From the NCBI RefSeq assembly GCF_018977255.1, contig NW_024704896.1:1-64000 (forward strand): 64,000 bases of DNA. The letters are read 5' to 3'. Origin of the DNA: Callorhinchus milii (lineage: Eukaryota). Below the pieces are notes generated by a model that was not told where the DNA came from, searched no databases, and was given only the letters and a program-made list of their open reading frames with translations. The first letter of the stretch is position 1; each line of letters begins with the position of its first letter. Positions 26,089 through 38,450 of the stretch are shown one piece after another. Made by a program: the position numbers and the translations under genes.

Positions 26089-27418
26089 CACAGAGGTATA
26101 TATCAGCGGTTCCGCCCTACAAAAACTGCCATTTGAAGTCCTGCAGCTCCGTGGTTACAGCACTCACCTCACAAGCGAGAGACGTTGGTTCAATTCCCAG
26201 CAGAACGAAACATTGTGCAACTTTCCTTATTCCACACACACACACGTCTCTGGTTACCAGCAGTAAGTAGGAAGTAGGTTGTTATTAGATTGGCGTTTCG
26301 ATTTTCCAGAGAGAACAATTCCTTCGGAATATTATTGTTGATAATAAGTTGCGCATTTCATCCACTGGGATAGCGATGTGTACAGTTCGCTGCAGTGCTT
26401 CGCACTCACAATATACAGTCAATTCATTTACGGTATTCTATGAAGCACTGTGCGGCGTCTCGAAGATGTGACACGGCGTTATATCAAATGCAACTGTTAT
26501 TGCTATTATTGTTATTCACTGTAGTTATGTTATCATCCAAGTAATAAGCAAAAATGTCTGCCTCCGGGGAACGCTGTCACATCCACGTTTCTTTCCACGC
26601 TGCTTGATTAAGTAAGAGAGCAACTAAACAAACAAGTTCCATTTATATTGTTTCCACAACAAATATTTCCTCTATTTATTGAAACAACTGTTTCTTCTGT
26701 TGGGTGGGGGATGAAGAACAAGGGTGCATCAGAGTAAAGCCAGGTCGCAGAGAAATTGGGAGAGAAAAGTAATCGAAAAATTTAAGGAAATCTGGAAAGC
26801 TTCCACAAAGGAGCTAGCAATGTTGTTTCCATTCATATTTTCCAGACCTAAGTTGGATACATTTATTTTAGCTCAGAATTTCAAGTGATACGGGGAAAGG
26901 TGGGGATGCGAGTTGAGAGAAAGATCCGCCGTGGTGGAGCCTCTTGGCGAGTCACTAAATAAAGAAAACAGTTTTGTGTATTTACGTTCGAAAAGAATGA
27001 ACCTAAATTTTCATTTTAAGTCTAGTGAGCACATTTGCTTTGAGGCGTCGTCCTGACGTGAAGGGAATAACATAAATGCCGATATGTTGATACTCTGATG
27101 TAAAATGCTCTAAGGCAACTAAGTGTTCCGTCAAATAATATAATCCATGAAGTAAAATGGCAAGGAATTGAATTAAAATGGGAGAGCAAGTGGGGCAGCA
27201 AGTGTTATCACAGAGACACGTCAAAGTAAGTAAATGTGAATGACACCGAATGGTCGAATGTTCCAGGGAAGTACAGAAAATATGAGGAACGAGCAGGGAA
27301 ATGAGACTAATGTATGTAATTCCAATGGAGAAGATAGCACCAAGGAAAGGCAAGTCGGGCCCAAAATAATTATGCAATGAAACCTCTACATTTGTATATG
27401 TGCTGTAGCTACAATCCA

Positions 27419-27432
27419 CCAGCAGATGGCGC
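27419..27432 (+). promoter_or_regulatory. Candidate CTCF site (full consensus match)
   Basis: CCAGCAGATGGCGC matches CCASYAGRKGGCRS at every position. Confidence 0.7.
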
Positions 27433-28529
27433 ACTAAACCAGCACATACAACATGAGCTGCAACTCACATAACTCGTCACGTTCCTTTCTATCACTAACT
27501 TCCTTTGCAGCAGTAACAGGTGCTTCCTGTTGCAGTTGACATACTTCACTCATATACACTATTGCTGCTTCAACTGAAATTTACAAATATTTGACTAAAG
27601 TATTAACACAAGGCTTAGGTTGATCAATAAATAACTTCTATCTCTCATGTTCTGTATTATTACCTTTTCCTAAATAGCAGCCGCTCTTAAATTGTTTTCT
27701 CTGCGGTACCGCGTTTCTTTCTTGAAAGTTGTTATCGTATCGGCTTCTGTCACCGTTTCAGGCAATGCATTCAAGATCGGAACAACTCGCAGTGTGAATA
27801 ATAAATACTTCTCCCCTCCTCACTGTTTGTTCAGGCAACTACACTGAACGTGAAGATTAAGCTATTTAATACGTTTACTACTATATAATTAAAAAATTCT
27901 TTGATATTTCATCCCGCAACTGAAACATTCAAAAGCGACCGAAGCGCTCACTGTGTAATATATATTGGATTATGTTCTGATGTTCTGAGCTGACACTCTA
28001 GAACAGGCCTGGCTGTCTGTATTGTCGGTGAAGCTTGTCCTACCGAGGAGATATTAAACCGAGGTCCAGACTTCTTGCCTGAAGGGACTATAATGTTGCC
28101 ATAGCACTGCTCGAGAAAGGACAAGGTTTCGACCAATGTGTGGACAGACTTTCTTTCGCTAAAATTCGTCTCTCATTCATAGCTGTTTGTGGAACATTGT
28201 TGTGCACAAATTGGATGCCAAGTTGACAAAAAAATATGCCTCTGTATTCGACATTAAAACCTGCGAGGAGGTTTGAGGCGAATCGACGAAATGACAAGAC
28301 TGTGTTCGATAAAAGCGTTTCTCAGACACGAATAACCAACACAATTGTAAGGTCATGTCTTATTCAATATTGTAACAACATCGATAATAATAACAAAGGT
28401 TGCATTTGATACACTGCCATATTAAGTCATTGAGACGTCTCAAAGATCGTCACAGAATATGCTGAAAAGTGGAGTACTATATTCTTTTATGCCAATTGTG
28501 TACAGCTGTGACCCACACAAAGTTGTGGG

Positions 28530-28960
28530 TCGAGTTGCCTTATTTTGTGGCACTGTGTGGGAGAGTGTGGGGGGTGAGGTAGAGCGGGGGAGGGGGTGGG
28601 CATGGGGCGTTAGATTGTATTGTGTGGGCCAAACGTGGTCGCCAACTGTGCAAAAAATAGGCCCACAAAAATTTGTGGATTGAGTGACCTGATTTTGTGG
28701 CACTGTGTGTGTTTGTGTGGGGGAGGGGGCGGGAGCTGTGTGGGCGGGGCGCTGTAAATTAACGGCAGTGATTGGGCGGCGCTCTGTGTGGGCGGGGCAT
28801 TGGCGGAGTGACGTAGATCTGTGGGCGTGGCAGTGGCTACGTGGGCGGGGCTCAGTGCGGGCGGGGCATTGAGTAAGTGACGCAGCTCTGTGGGCGTGGT
28901 CGTGGTTGTGTGGGCATTGCTTGGTGTGTGAGCCGGGCTGTAACTGTGTGGCTACTGAGC
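28530..28960. repeat. G/T-rich degenerate tandem, low-complexity tract
   Basis: Recurrent tgtgggcggggc and gattttgtggcactgtgtg units. Confidence 0.7.
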
Positions 28961-29868
28961 CAAAAAGCCCCATCAATCCGCATTGGGGAGTTAATGTCAG
29001 ACCCGGGATCAGGATGCTCCTGTGGGAGACATGTGCTGTGCTCGCAATCACTCTCAGCTTACTTTGCCCTTAGTAACATTTTTATATCTTTTTTTCTTAA
29101 CATCTTGTTATACCTTTTACAACAATATAACATTAAAAATCCTTTGATTAGATATTGGGCCTTTCCATATATTCGAGACGATTGTCAGCGTCAGTTTTGA
29201 TTAAATAATCTAATCGATTGAGTGTCCGAATTATTATCTATTTTATTATTGATTGATTATTGAAGGGCCAATTATCCCTGGAAAAAAGCGATGCCAATCA
29301 GGTTTCTGATTCACCGTTCCTGCAAGTCGCCGATTTATTACAGTCTTTGCCCAGGACGTCTGGGTCCAATATCTCAGTGTTTAGTGCACTCGCCTCGCAA
29401 GCAGGAGATATGATTTCGATTCTCGTCTGTGCGAAATGTTGGGTAGGTTTCCTTACTCCACTCCTCTATTTACCGCGTAGATTATTAGGAAAACTTGCGG
29501 ATCGCTTCTATATTTCTTTCAAAAAAATTCATAGTAAATTGGTTATTCAATCCACGACTCTTTGCGCGATACTGTTGTTCCCAATTGGCTGCCGCGTTTC
29601 TCTCTAAAAGCACACTGTCAATTAATTTTACAGTGTATTCTGTGAAACAATTGTAGAAGTATCCAAAACGTGGTGAGGCGCTATATCAAATGCAAGGATT
29701 GGACACAAGGTTTGTACATAACACGAAGACCTGCTCCATCACAGTATAATGTAACATCTGTGTGTTGTTTCCTGTTCAGCCCCCCTCACGGTATCTTACA
29801 GCCTCCCTGGAAACATTCTCCAGCCGCGCCATCAACGCTCTCTGAACATCCCGAGTCACTAAGTACAT

Positions 29869-30610
29869 ATGACAATGTACATCTATGTGGCAGTCGCCAT
29901 CATTACCTTCTCAGCTAAGCGATCATCTCATTCTCTCTGTATGCTTCCCGCACATATTATCCAACGTGTTTGTTATACTGCGTTAAATAATCAGAACGGT
30001 ACAGGAGTCGTGGTGTCGTGGAGTCCTGCATCTCAGTTGTTATAGCACTCCGGCTATATGTGAATTTGTGAATGGATTCTCCAAGTATAATAATTTAATT
30101 ATAATTAAATCACTCAAGCCACGACTGTTTGTGAATTACTCCACGATTGCCTGTTGCATTTCCCCCAGAAAATACACTTAAATTCTTTTCTGTGACGACA
30201 TTTGAGATGTTTCAAAGGCATTACAAGTCGCTGTATCAAACTCAACGATTATTAATATTATTATTATTGCATTCAACTCTGCTGTTTGTATGGTTTCTAG
30301 GACATTGTGGAGGAGACGCTGTGACACAGCTTCAATCTACTGTGAAAGTGAATGAAGGGGAGGATGTTTATCTGCAGTGCAATTATACAGCTACAACCAC
30401 CAGCGATCCCGACCTGTACTGGTACCATCACTATCCGAACAAACCTCCAGAATATATCCTTTGGACAGACAAAAGGAACAACCCGCGATATGCAGACTTT
30501 GCAAAAGATCGTTTTATAACGCATGTGGATGCAGCGGAGAGAACCGTCCCATTAAATATATTCCAAGTGACAGTTGCAGACTCTGCGGTGTATTACTGTG
30601 CACTGAGCCC
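29869..30610 (+). pseudogene. TRAV/TRDV: TCR V family A copy 4; intact V exon and RSS but leader donor mutated (GT to CT)
   Basis: Leader 29869-29914 is followed by CTAAGC where paralogues have GTAAGC or GTAATC. V exon 30301-30610 is open. RSS CACAGAG (30611) + 23 bp + ACAAAAACT. The upstream CCAAT/TGACG block found in copies 1-3 is replaced by a SINE tail near 29690. Confidence 0.8.
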
Positions 30611-31997
30611 CACAGAGGCACAGATCAGCGATTCCGCCCTACAAAAACTGCTCAGCCGATTCCTGTGACTGAGTGGTTAGAGAACTCGCCTCGCAAATTA
30701 AAGCATTTGGGTTCGATTTCCGGCAGAGAGAAACGTTGGGCAGGTTTCCGTATTCCACGTACTCCTATTATTTTCACCGAAACAATTTGAATGATCTTGC
30801 TTTCCGGGTAGAGGGGCCCTATGCACGTGTACGTTTCTTGTGTTTCTCAAATACGTAGAAAAACATCCAAAATTACAGGTTGCAATGATATTGTTTACAG
30901 AGAAACTATTTCCTCCATTTACAGAAAATTAGTTTCTTCTGGTGGGGAGGGAATCCAGAAAAAGTTGGTATCATTTTAAAATTAGAGTCAGGCAAGTAAG
31001 CAGAGCAATCGTGGTGCATTTGCACTAACCCAAATGGTAATGGAAATCCAGAACATTTTCACCAAATATATGTGGATGCCGGATCCATTCTTGTTTTCTA
31101 TGCTGAAGTGGATACAGATCTGTTAGGTCTGGGATGCGGGCGAGGGCTAGACATTGCAGTTGAGGTATAGATTAGCAATGATGCAATTTAATTTAGGAAA
31201 ATGCACACGTGTCTGAATGGCTTCCTCCTTCTCCTCTGAAGTGCCTTTCAAGGGGTATGTCTTTCACTGAGCTTAACAATGTTGGTGCTTGGCCAAGAAA
31301 CAGGGACAAGGGCTGTTGTCAGGAGGCACAGTGATAAAGAAAGTTATTTAGATAAGTGTGGCCAAGCTGGAGGGATTCAGACATAGACTGGCACAGCTTC
31401 AGGGCCCAGTGCTTTTGACAGTGGCGAACAACATGAATCATTTCCAGACTGCCCGTATTAAATGCTGTCATATTTCTGTGGTATAGAAACACACAGCGAT
31501 TCAATGCACTGTAATCTCTGTCCAAAACATGATATTGAGAATGTTCCCCTTGTGCTATTTGGATAACAGATTAATTCAGTTCAGGTTTTGCTGTCATATC
31601 AGGTTCAGGGAATGCCTGGAAGCAAAGCACACACTAACACGTGTGTGTACTGTTCGGCGAGTCACTAACGAAAGAACACAAATTGTACTATTTACGTTAC
31701 TGAATAGTAGTCAAGATGAAATGATATTTTATGTCTATTGAGCAGAGCGCAATGGCATAATCTCCTGAAGTGAACGGAGGAATATAAGTGTAAAGATATA
31801 GTGGCTATTTTGTAAAATGCTCCATCGCAGCTCAATGCTAAGTCAAATGATATTAATGACAATATGAGGAACGAGCCAACAAATGAGAATACGACATAAA
31901 CTTCCAATGGAGGAGATAGCTCCAGGAAAATTAAGACAGGCCCAAAATAATTTACTATCCATTTCTCCAATTTTACCAGTGCTGCATGTGCAATCCA

Positions 31998-32011
31998 CCA
32001 GGAGAAGGCGC
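31998..32011 (+). promoter_or_regulatory. Candidate CTCF site (paralogous copy)
   Basis: CCAGGAGAAGGCGC in the same caatccacc context. Confidence 0.5.
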
Positions 32012-33699
32012 ACAATACACACATATATCATGAGCTGCAACTGACCAACTTAACACGTAACTTTCTGTAACTAACTTCCTTCGTAACAATAAGAGATGTT
32101 TCCTTTTACAGTTGACATTCTTCACTCTTTTACACTTTTGCTGCTTCAACTGAAATTGACAAAGATTTGTGTGAAGCACTGCATTAGTTTGCTCAAGAAG
32201 CAACTTCAATTTCGTGTTTTGCACATTAATGTCTTCCTCTCAGGAAAGCAGCCGCCCTGAAGAAGATCTAACTCCTGTAATACATGGGTTAGATTTTGTT
32301 AACGGCAAAATGGTCATTTGTTTTGGTTTAAGTTGGGTAGGAGATTAAAGCTGACCTTGTTTAATGTAATTTAGGCGTCTTAATTTGCAGCTCGCTTACA
32401 TGGATGCAAAGCTAAGAAGACATGCACAACGATGATAATAATAATAAAAATCATGATAATAATAATGATAAAATTATAATAATAATAATGCTGGGCTTTG
32501 GTACAGCGGCTTTCAATTTGCAGGAGTCAGCAAATCATAGTGTCCGTTTTCTGATAAGAAGTGACGTTAGATTGTAAGCCAACACCAGAAGCAATTATCA
32601 AGCAGTAGATTCCCCACAAACATTAATAAACTGATTGATGGCTTCTATCTGGGGTTGTTGACAACACAGCCGTCACAAAGTCTTGAGTTGAAATTCAGTC
32701 TAGTCTGTGAGGTCAAAATGTCGACGTGGGGCCTGAACCAACAACACTGTGACTCATATATGAAAGTATAACCAACAGAGGCAGGTTTTCAGCTCAGCCT
32801 TCAAAATAGAAAGAAGAATAATAGCAATTTGATAACTTAATCCACGGATGTTTGTGAAATTACTGTGGGAAACCGGATGACGCATTTCACCCACAAAATA
32901 GAATCAATTCGCATTATATTCTGTGAAGCGCTTGGAGGTGTCTCGAAGGCGTGTTGAGACATCGTATCGCTCTATCACTAATGCAAGTATTATACTACTA
33001 TTCGACTGAGATCCGGTCTGCTGATTCAAGAGAACAGCAAAAATTGCATGGCACTGTTGGAAAAGAGATTTCCAATTACTCTTTTCTTTACCATACAGAC
33101 ACGGCTGGAAAGGTTTTCAAGAGCAACAGTTCGTCCAGAATGTTTGGTGTATGATCAAATCAAGTTCAGAAAGCTATATTAATGTAGTCAGCGAAGAGTA
33201 AGAATACTTTTCAAGGAACCACTAGAAATAAATTTAAATGTTGATCATTTTAATATAGCCGTTTCAGTCTGTCTCTCCGTTATTTTGTGGGAGACAGTAA
33301 ATGAACAAAACAATCACTGTGCTTATGAATATCCAAAGCAAAACTGCCATTTCCATGTTTTCCGCATACACATGGAAATCTCAAAGACAAATTATTGGAA
33401 TTGAATGTAAACTCTCTCTCTGCTTACTTAATTCAGAAGAGTATTAGGCAAGACCCAAAACGTGGGGCCTTCCGAGTGTGCGTTGGGGAATCTGCTGTCA
33501 TCTAAGTTGCTCAAAGAACAAAGCTTGTTATTGATTTCGCTTTTAACAAGTTTTCCGCTGTTTGTCAGGCTATCACCATCCTTCCAGGATTCCCGCTGTT
33601 TGTCAGACTATCACCATCGTTGCAGGTCGCACTTTGGCTTGCAGGTTTAACAGTAGGCGAGTGAGAGAATTCCCTGCCCCGAGTGACTGGTGAATGCCG

Positions 33700-33780
33700 C
33701 GGTATAAAAGCAATTGGTTTTTGTATTGAAACGCGGCTGTGATGCCAATGAGGTGACGTGAGACTGTGGCTCCGCCAATG
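33700..33780 (+). promoter_or_regulatory. Conserved promoter block of the MRLFA-leader V family (also at about 45550-45630 and 58570-58650)
   Basis: TATAAAA, then CRE-like (g)tgacgt and TGTGG (RUNX-like) motifs conserved in three paralogues about 70-150 bp upstream of the ATG. Confidence 0.55.
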
Positions 33781-33848
33781 CCGACAATCACTGCGGGTTA
33801 TCAGCAAACTGATGGCACAGACACAACCACACAGACTGAAGAGCAGCA

Positions 33849-34792
33849 ATGAGGCTGTTTGCTATCTGTCTTGTGCTGGGAACCTTTATGTCAGGTGAGG
33901 CCGTGTTGAGCTAATTCAGTGTTGGTGATGATGCTAAGCGCCATTTAAACGACAAATGTTGGAGTGAAACCTATATCTCAGTAGTTGGAGCTTTCGCCTC
34001 GCGAGAGGAGATGGGATCGATTCCCCAGCAGGAGAAATCTAAGGCGAATTTCTTTACTCCACAGAAACGCCTTTCTACACCTTGGAGGAAGCAGGAACCC
34101 GGATACTTTAAAAAACTGAGCAATACACCTTCCAAATATCAATTTCTCCATTCATTGGTTTTGAGTCGTTAGGTCGATCACTTTTTCGCGGGCAATAAAC
34201 ATTACTTGTCTGTAAATAATAATTTGCTAACTTATTCCACAACGTTTCTTGTGAAACTGCTGTGCGCAATTTCGCTCACAAAAATACACAGAAATTAACA
34301 GGATAGAACATTCTGTATAGCGCACACCGACGTCTCAACACCGTGATAATGTGCTCTATAAAATATACAGGTTATGGTGTAATTATAAACAAATGTCAAA
34401 TGTATAACTCGTTTCCTTTCAAGCCTAGATTAAGTAATATATTGTTGTGCTCTTCCTTGTTTAATACAGGCTTCTGCGATGGGGACTCTGTCACTCAGAA
34501 AGCTGCGACGATGGTTAAGAAAGAAAGAGAAACGGTGATTTTACAATGTACCTATTTCACGACTGAAAATGATTACGTTCTCCATTGGTACCGACATTAC
34601 ACAGGCAAACAGCGAGAGTTTATAATATGGAGATATTCTGGGAGTGAACTTGAAGAAAAAGGAGTTGGATTTGGAAACCGTTTCTCTGCTCAGCTTCACA
34701 AATCCAATTCTTCCACCAGTTTATCCATCTCAGAGCTGGCGGTGTCTGACAGCGCTGTGTATTACTGTGCATTTAGTCTCAGCACAGTGATA
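33849..34792 (+). CDS. TRDV: TCR delta-type V segment, family C copy 1; apparently functional
   Basis: Leader 33849-33894 (MRLFAICLVLGTFMS, G|GTGAGG). V exon 34470-34792 with LQC, HWYRH and YYCAFSL. RSS CACAGTG (34793) + 23 bp + ACAAAAACT. The delta assignment is inferred from the long CDR2/FR3 and the position. Confidence 0.88.
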
Positions 34793-36548
34793 GACTGCAC
34801 TGCAAGTCTCGTACAAAAACTGCCTTCACTTTGTACATGGGGATGATCTGTCTGTTGAAGTGTGTGCTGAAACTTGGTGACGCCTTGTGGCCCTGCGGGA
34901 AGCTGACATGTCTGTAGTTAGACACAGAGGAAACCACATTCATCTCCCATCAACCTGTCAGCTCAACGTTCACCTCATTATCTGTCACAATAAATGCAGA
35001 CAGCAATTACTGAACAGTTACAGTTGCAGCTGCTATTGATTTACTTCGGTTTGCAGGTAAAATAAACACGAATACTGATTCTAATGCTTTTTTAAACGGA
35101 GCCCTATGACGAAGTGGGAACAGCTTTCACCTCACAAACGACAGGTCCCGAGTTCCATCCCCGGGCGGGTGAAAGCTTAGACAATTTTTCTCAATCCATA
35201 CACATTTCTCTATTTATCTTGCATTGAGTATGAACCCGATTGCACACCGATCGCTGGATTGCTTTTCCGGGTTTGCAGTATTCCCTTCAAAACATAATGT
35301 TGGTCACTCAATCCATTTCTGTTCAGGTGGATGTTAAATATACAAGAAATCTATTGTATTTGTTTTTAAACAGTAAATAAATCGTAAGTAAAATATTAAT
35401 TCGGTAATTCAATCTGGGACTCTTTGTGCGAAACTGATGTATGCATTTGGCTGATCCATTTTTCCAACAAAATATAAAATCGATCGACTCATCAGCATAT
35501 CTCTGAATCGCTTGCAACGTGATAAGGATCCATAGAAAATGTAACGATTATTAGGATGATGAGAATTAAACGGTCTCCAACCTGATCAAATCTATCGCCT
35601 CCTCCTCACCCACAGCAGTAAGCTGCTATGTCCTCCCAAACCATCGTTAAAGACAAAAAATAATTCCAAACTGCTGATTCCACTAATGATCAGCTCCAAC
35701 TCAGAGCCTCTAAGACATCTGAATGGTCAAGGCCAATGACTTTTGTGAAAGAGAGACACACAGAATACAGACAAACAGCACATAGACAGACAGATAGACT
35801 TACAGAAAGGCCGAGACAGGGATTAAAAATAATGCTTTTATTTGATACAGTCCACGACCGTGTCGATAAAACGTGATAAACCGCTTCACATGATATGCTG
35901 AAAAATAAACGTCATATTCCCTGCCTTCTCTTACTCCTCCATGTCCCCGGGTAGCCTTTCATCTCTTTGTCACCCCCTCTATCCCGACGTCTTATATATC
36001 CACCGCACCCCATACTTCTTTACCCCTATTTCTCCCTCCTCCTTGGCACCCATCATCACCCATATCTCGCAAACTCCCTGTTGCCCTGACCGGCTTCCCC
36101 GTCCAGCTGCTTGTCACTGTAACAGGTCTCACTCCAAGTCAAAGGTGTGTAAGTAGTTTATTTATGTCTACTTCCCAATTCTCAGGAAAGTCCCTCTCTA
36201 CATCACACAGCATTTGTCCACTCACAGTGTCAGTTTATAGTCCCTCCCGTTGGCTTCCACGTCAAGGGTCCAGTTAACCATAAATGAGCCTCGAACAGTC
36301 ATCCCCAAGTGGCCCTCTCTGCCCACTGCTCTCGGGCGCAGTCAGTCAGACCCTATCTTCATGTATGTTCTTCCCCTCCACCCGCAAACCACCCCCCGCC
36401 CACCCCTCAAAGCCGCTGCCACCAGCCATGATGCGACGCTGTTCATCACAATTAAACCAAGTCTCCAACGCTCTTACAGAACATTCCTGTGTTACTCACA
36501 GTCACTCTGAGGTGTCCGGGTCTGACGGTATCTCCCAGCGGTGAGAGG

Positions 36549-37591
36549 ATGTCTCTCCTCTGTGTCTCCATCTCCTTCCTCTTCTTACAATGTAAGTTTA
36601 TTTTCCCATAACACAGCACTACACAGCACCAGTGAATATCATCGTAACAATGCGCAATACTACAATGATAATAATAAACCTTGCATTGATATAGCGCCTT
36701 ATCACTTCGATCATACGTCTCAAAGCGCTTCAGAGAATAATAATGATTATTGTATTTGATATAGCGCTTTTCACGGCGGGTGGGCGTCCCAAAGCGCTTC
36801 ACAGAACACACTGTAAAGTGAATTGACTGTAAGTTTGTGGGCGAACGCGGCAGCCAATTGCGCACAGCAATGTCACACAAACAGTCGTAGATTGAAAATG
36901 ACCAATTTATTATTGTATTTGGTTTTCGAGGAATTATTATTCGCTTTGCGGTGTCAGGAAACTTGCCCGAGGTTTCGCCCTCTGCCTGGAATTGAACTCA
37001 GGTCTCTCGCTTGCAAAGCGATTGCTCTAACCACTGAGCTACAGGACTCCACAATGCATTGTAAAGCGAAATCATGGTTTATTTGTGGGGGTATACAGCC
37101 CGGAATTGGTATCAATTATATTTTGACAATTGTATTGTATGTTAAAATTATTTTTATCAATTGATATTATAATGATATTGTTTATCGTGATTATATTACA
37201 ATAATTGGTATCAATCAAAATCAAGCCAACGCTATGGATATAATTTCCATAGCAGTGGTCATTGTTGAACACCTGATAAACTGATCTTATTTTGTGTCTA
37301 ATTTTCAGATGTTTTCAGTGCCTCAGTAAAGCAGACGCCTTCCGCTATGAGGAAACAAGAATGCGAGGCTGTGACCATCAACTGTATCTTTGAAGCAGAA
37401 TCTTATGAAACTTTCAGTAAAATGGAATTTTACAGAAAATTTCCAAACGAGAGAGATTGGAAGCGGATCCCTCTTGAAGCACGCTTTGTTGTGAAGATAG
37501 ACAAGGAATCGATGTCGTCTTCTCTGGAAATTCATGATTTGCAAGTTCAAGACAGCGCTGACTACACATGTACAGCTCGGTACTTGGATAC
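36549..37591 (+). CDS. NAR-TCR V: NAR-TCR (IgNAR-like) V segment, cassette 1
   Basis: Leader 36549-36591 (MSLLCVSISFLFLQ, T|GTAAGT). V exon 37309-37591: SVKQTPSAMRKQECEAVTINC...FVVKIDKESMSSSLEIHDLQVQDSADYTCTAR. This matches the VNAR pattern (RVDQTP..ITKETGESLTINC...[29 protein letters not shown]) with CDR2 deleted. RSS CACAGTG (37592) + 22 bp + ACAAGAAGC. Confidence 0.9.
36738..37050 (-). mobile_element. Young tRNA-derived SINE in the leader intron of NAR V1
   Basis: Reverse match to the 1438-1753 family; absent at the same position in cassettes 2 and 3. Confidence 0.85.
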
Positions 37592-37954
37592 CACAGTGCT
37601 GTATCTGGACTTAAGATAATACAAGAAGCTCCTTCACCAACTCATAGGAAACACGCAGAGAATGTGAACTTGTCAATGAATTTATTGCGCATTACTCATT
37701 TGTGTGTCACGCACAATGAAGTTAAATAACACATCCTTCAAAAAACAACCATAACTTAAGAATATTTCGGAAACGGTTATTGGTATGTATACACATTGGA
37801 AATCTGCTATAATTCATACAACGAATAATTTATTGTGGGAGACATGAAGCATGTCATGACCCACTAAGATAATTTTCCATAGATTTTTGAACGTATTTCA
37901 TTGATTGACCATTTGGTAATGGCAAAATATATTTCAATTGTTTTTCATACCATT

Positions 37955-38026
37955 GGTTTTTGTATTTACATTAAATACTGTGCTAGGTATGGGATACACA
38001 CACTGGAAAACATCAACACAAATAAT
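37955..38026 (+). other. NAR-TCR D segment 1 (37983-37998, ctaggtatgggataca) with 12/12 RSS
   Basis: GGTTTTTGT-12-TACTGTG [D] CACACTG-12-ACAAATAAT. Confidence 0.9.
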
Positions 38027-38364
38027 GTTTAGCCATTTTCATGGAAATACGTGAGATTTGATCACTGTTAACCGTATCATCTTGAATGCTACTGAATGTG
38101 TCCAAACTTTGCTCAGTTATCAGTTATTACTAGTTATTACAATTAATAATTTCAAGCGGACGTTTTCTGAAATAAATTTCGGAGAGGTGTTCCCAGTGCT
38201 GTGCCCTTTGTCTGCGTTTGGGTGGAAATAATTTTGAAAATAAATATGATTTTGACAAATAAAAAATATGACAATGGAACGCTTGGTGGAGAGTTAAGAA
38301 TTACTGAGCTATTTGTCAGTATTTGGTTGTATTAGTGATAGAATTAAAAGTCATCTGACAGCAC

Positions 38365-38450
38365 AGATTTTGGACCCTATAGAACGAGAGCTGTGTGACT
38401 GTGGTATTAAAGTGAAGATGGATCAGGAACAAAAGTAACTGTAACGAAAA
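38365..38450 (+). other. NAR-TCR J segment 1 (38404-38450) with 23-RSS and splice donor
   Basis: AGATTTTGG-23-GACTGTG, coding SEDGSGTKVTVTK, phase-1 donor GTATGT. An in-frame TAA near the 5' end must be trimmed during joining. Confidence 0.85.

Noticed and set aside
33550-33620. Short direct repeat (ccgctgtttgtcag.ctatcaccatc x2) upstream of the family-C promoter
   Set aside because: Absent from the paralogue near 45440; looks like local slippage.
38030-38360. A second D segment in the NAR cassettes (as in multi-D IgNAR clusters)
   Set aside because: No further heptamer-spacer-nonamer pair was found by eye between D and J in any cassette; an RSS scan would settle it.
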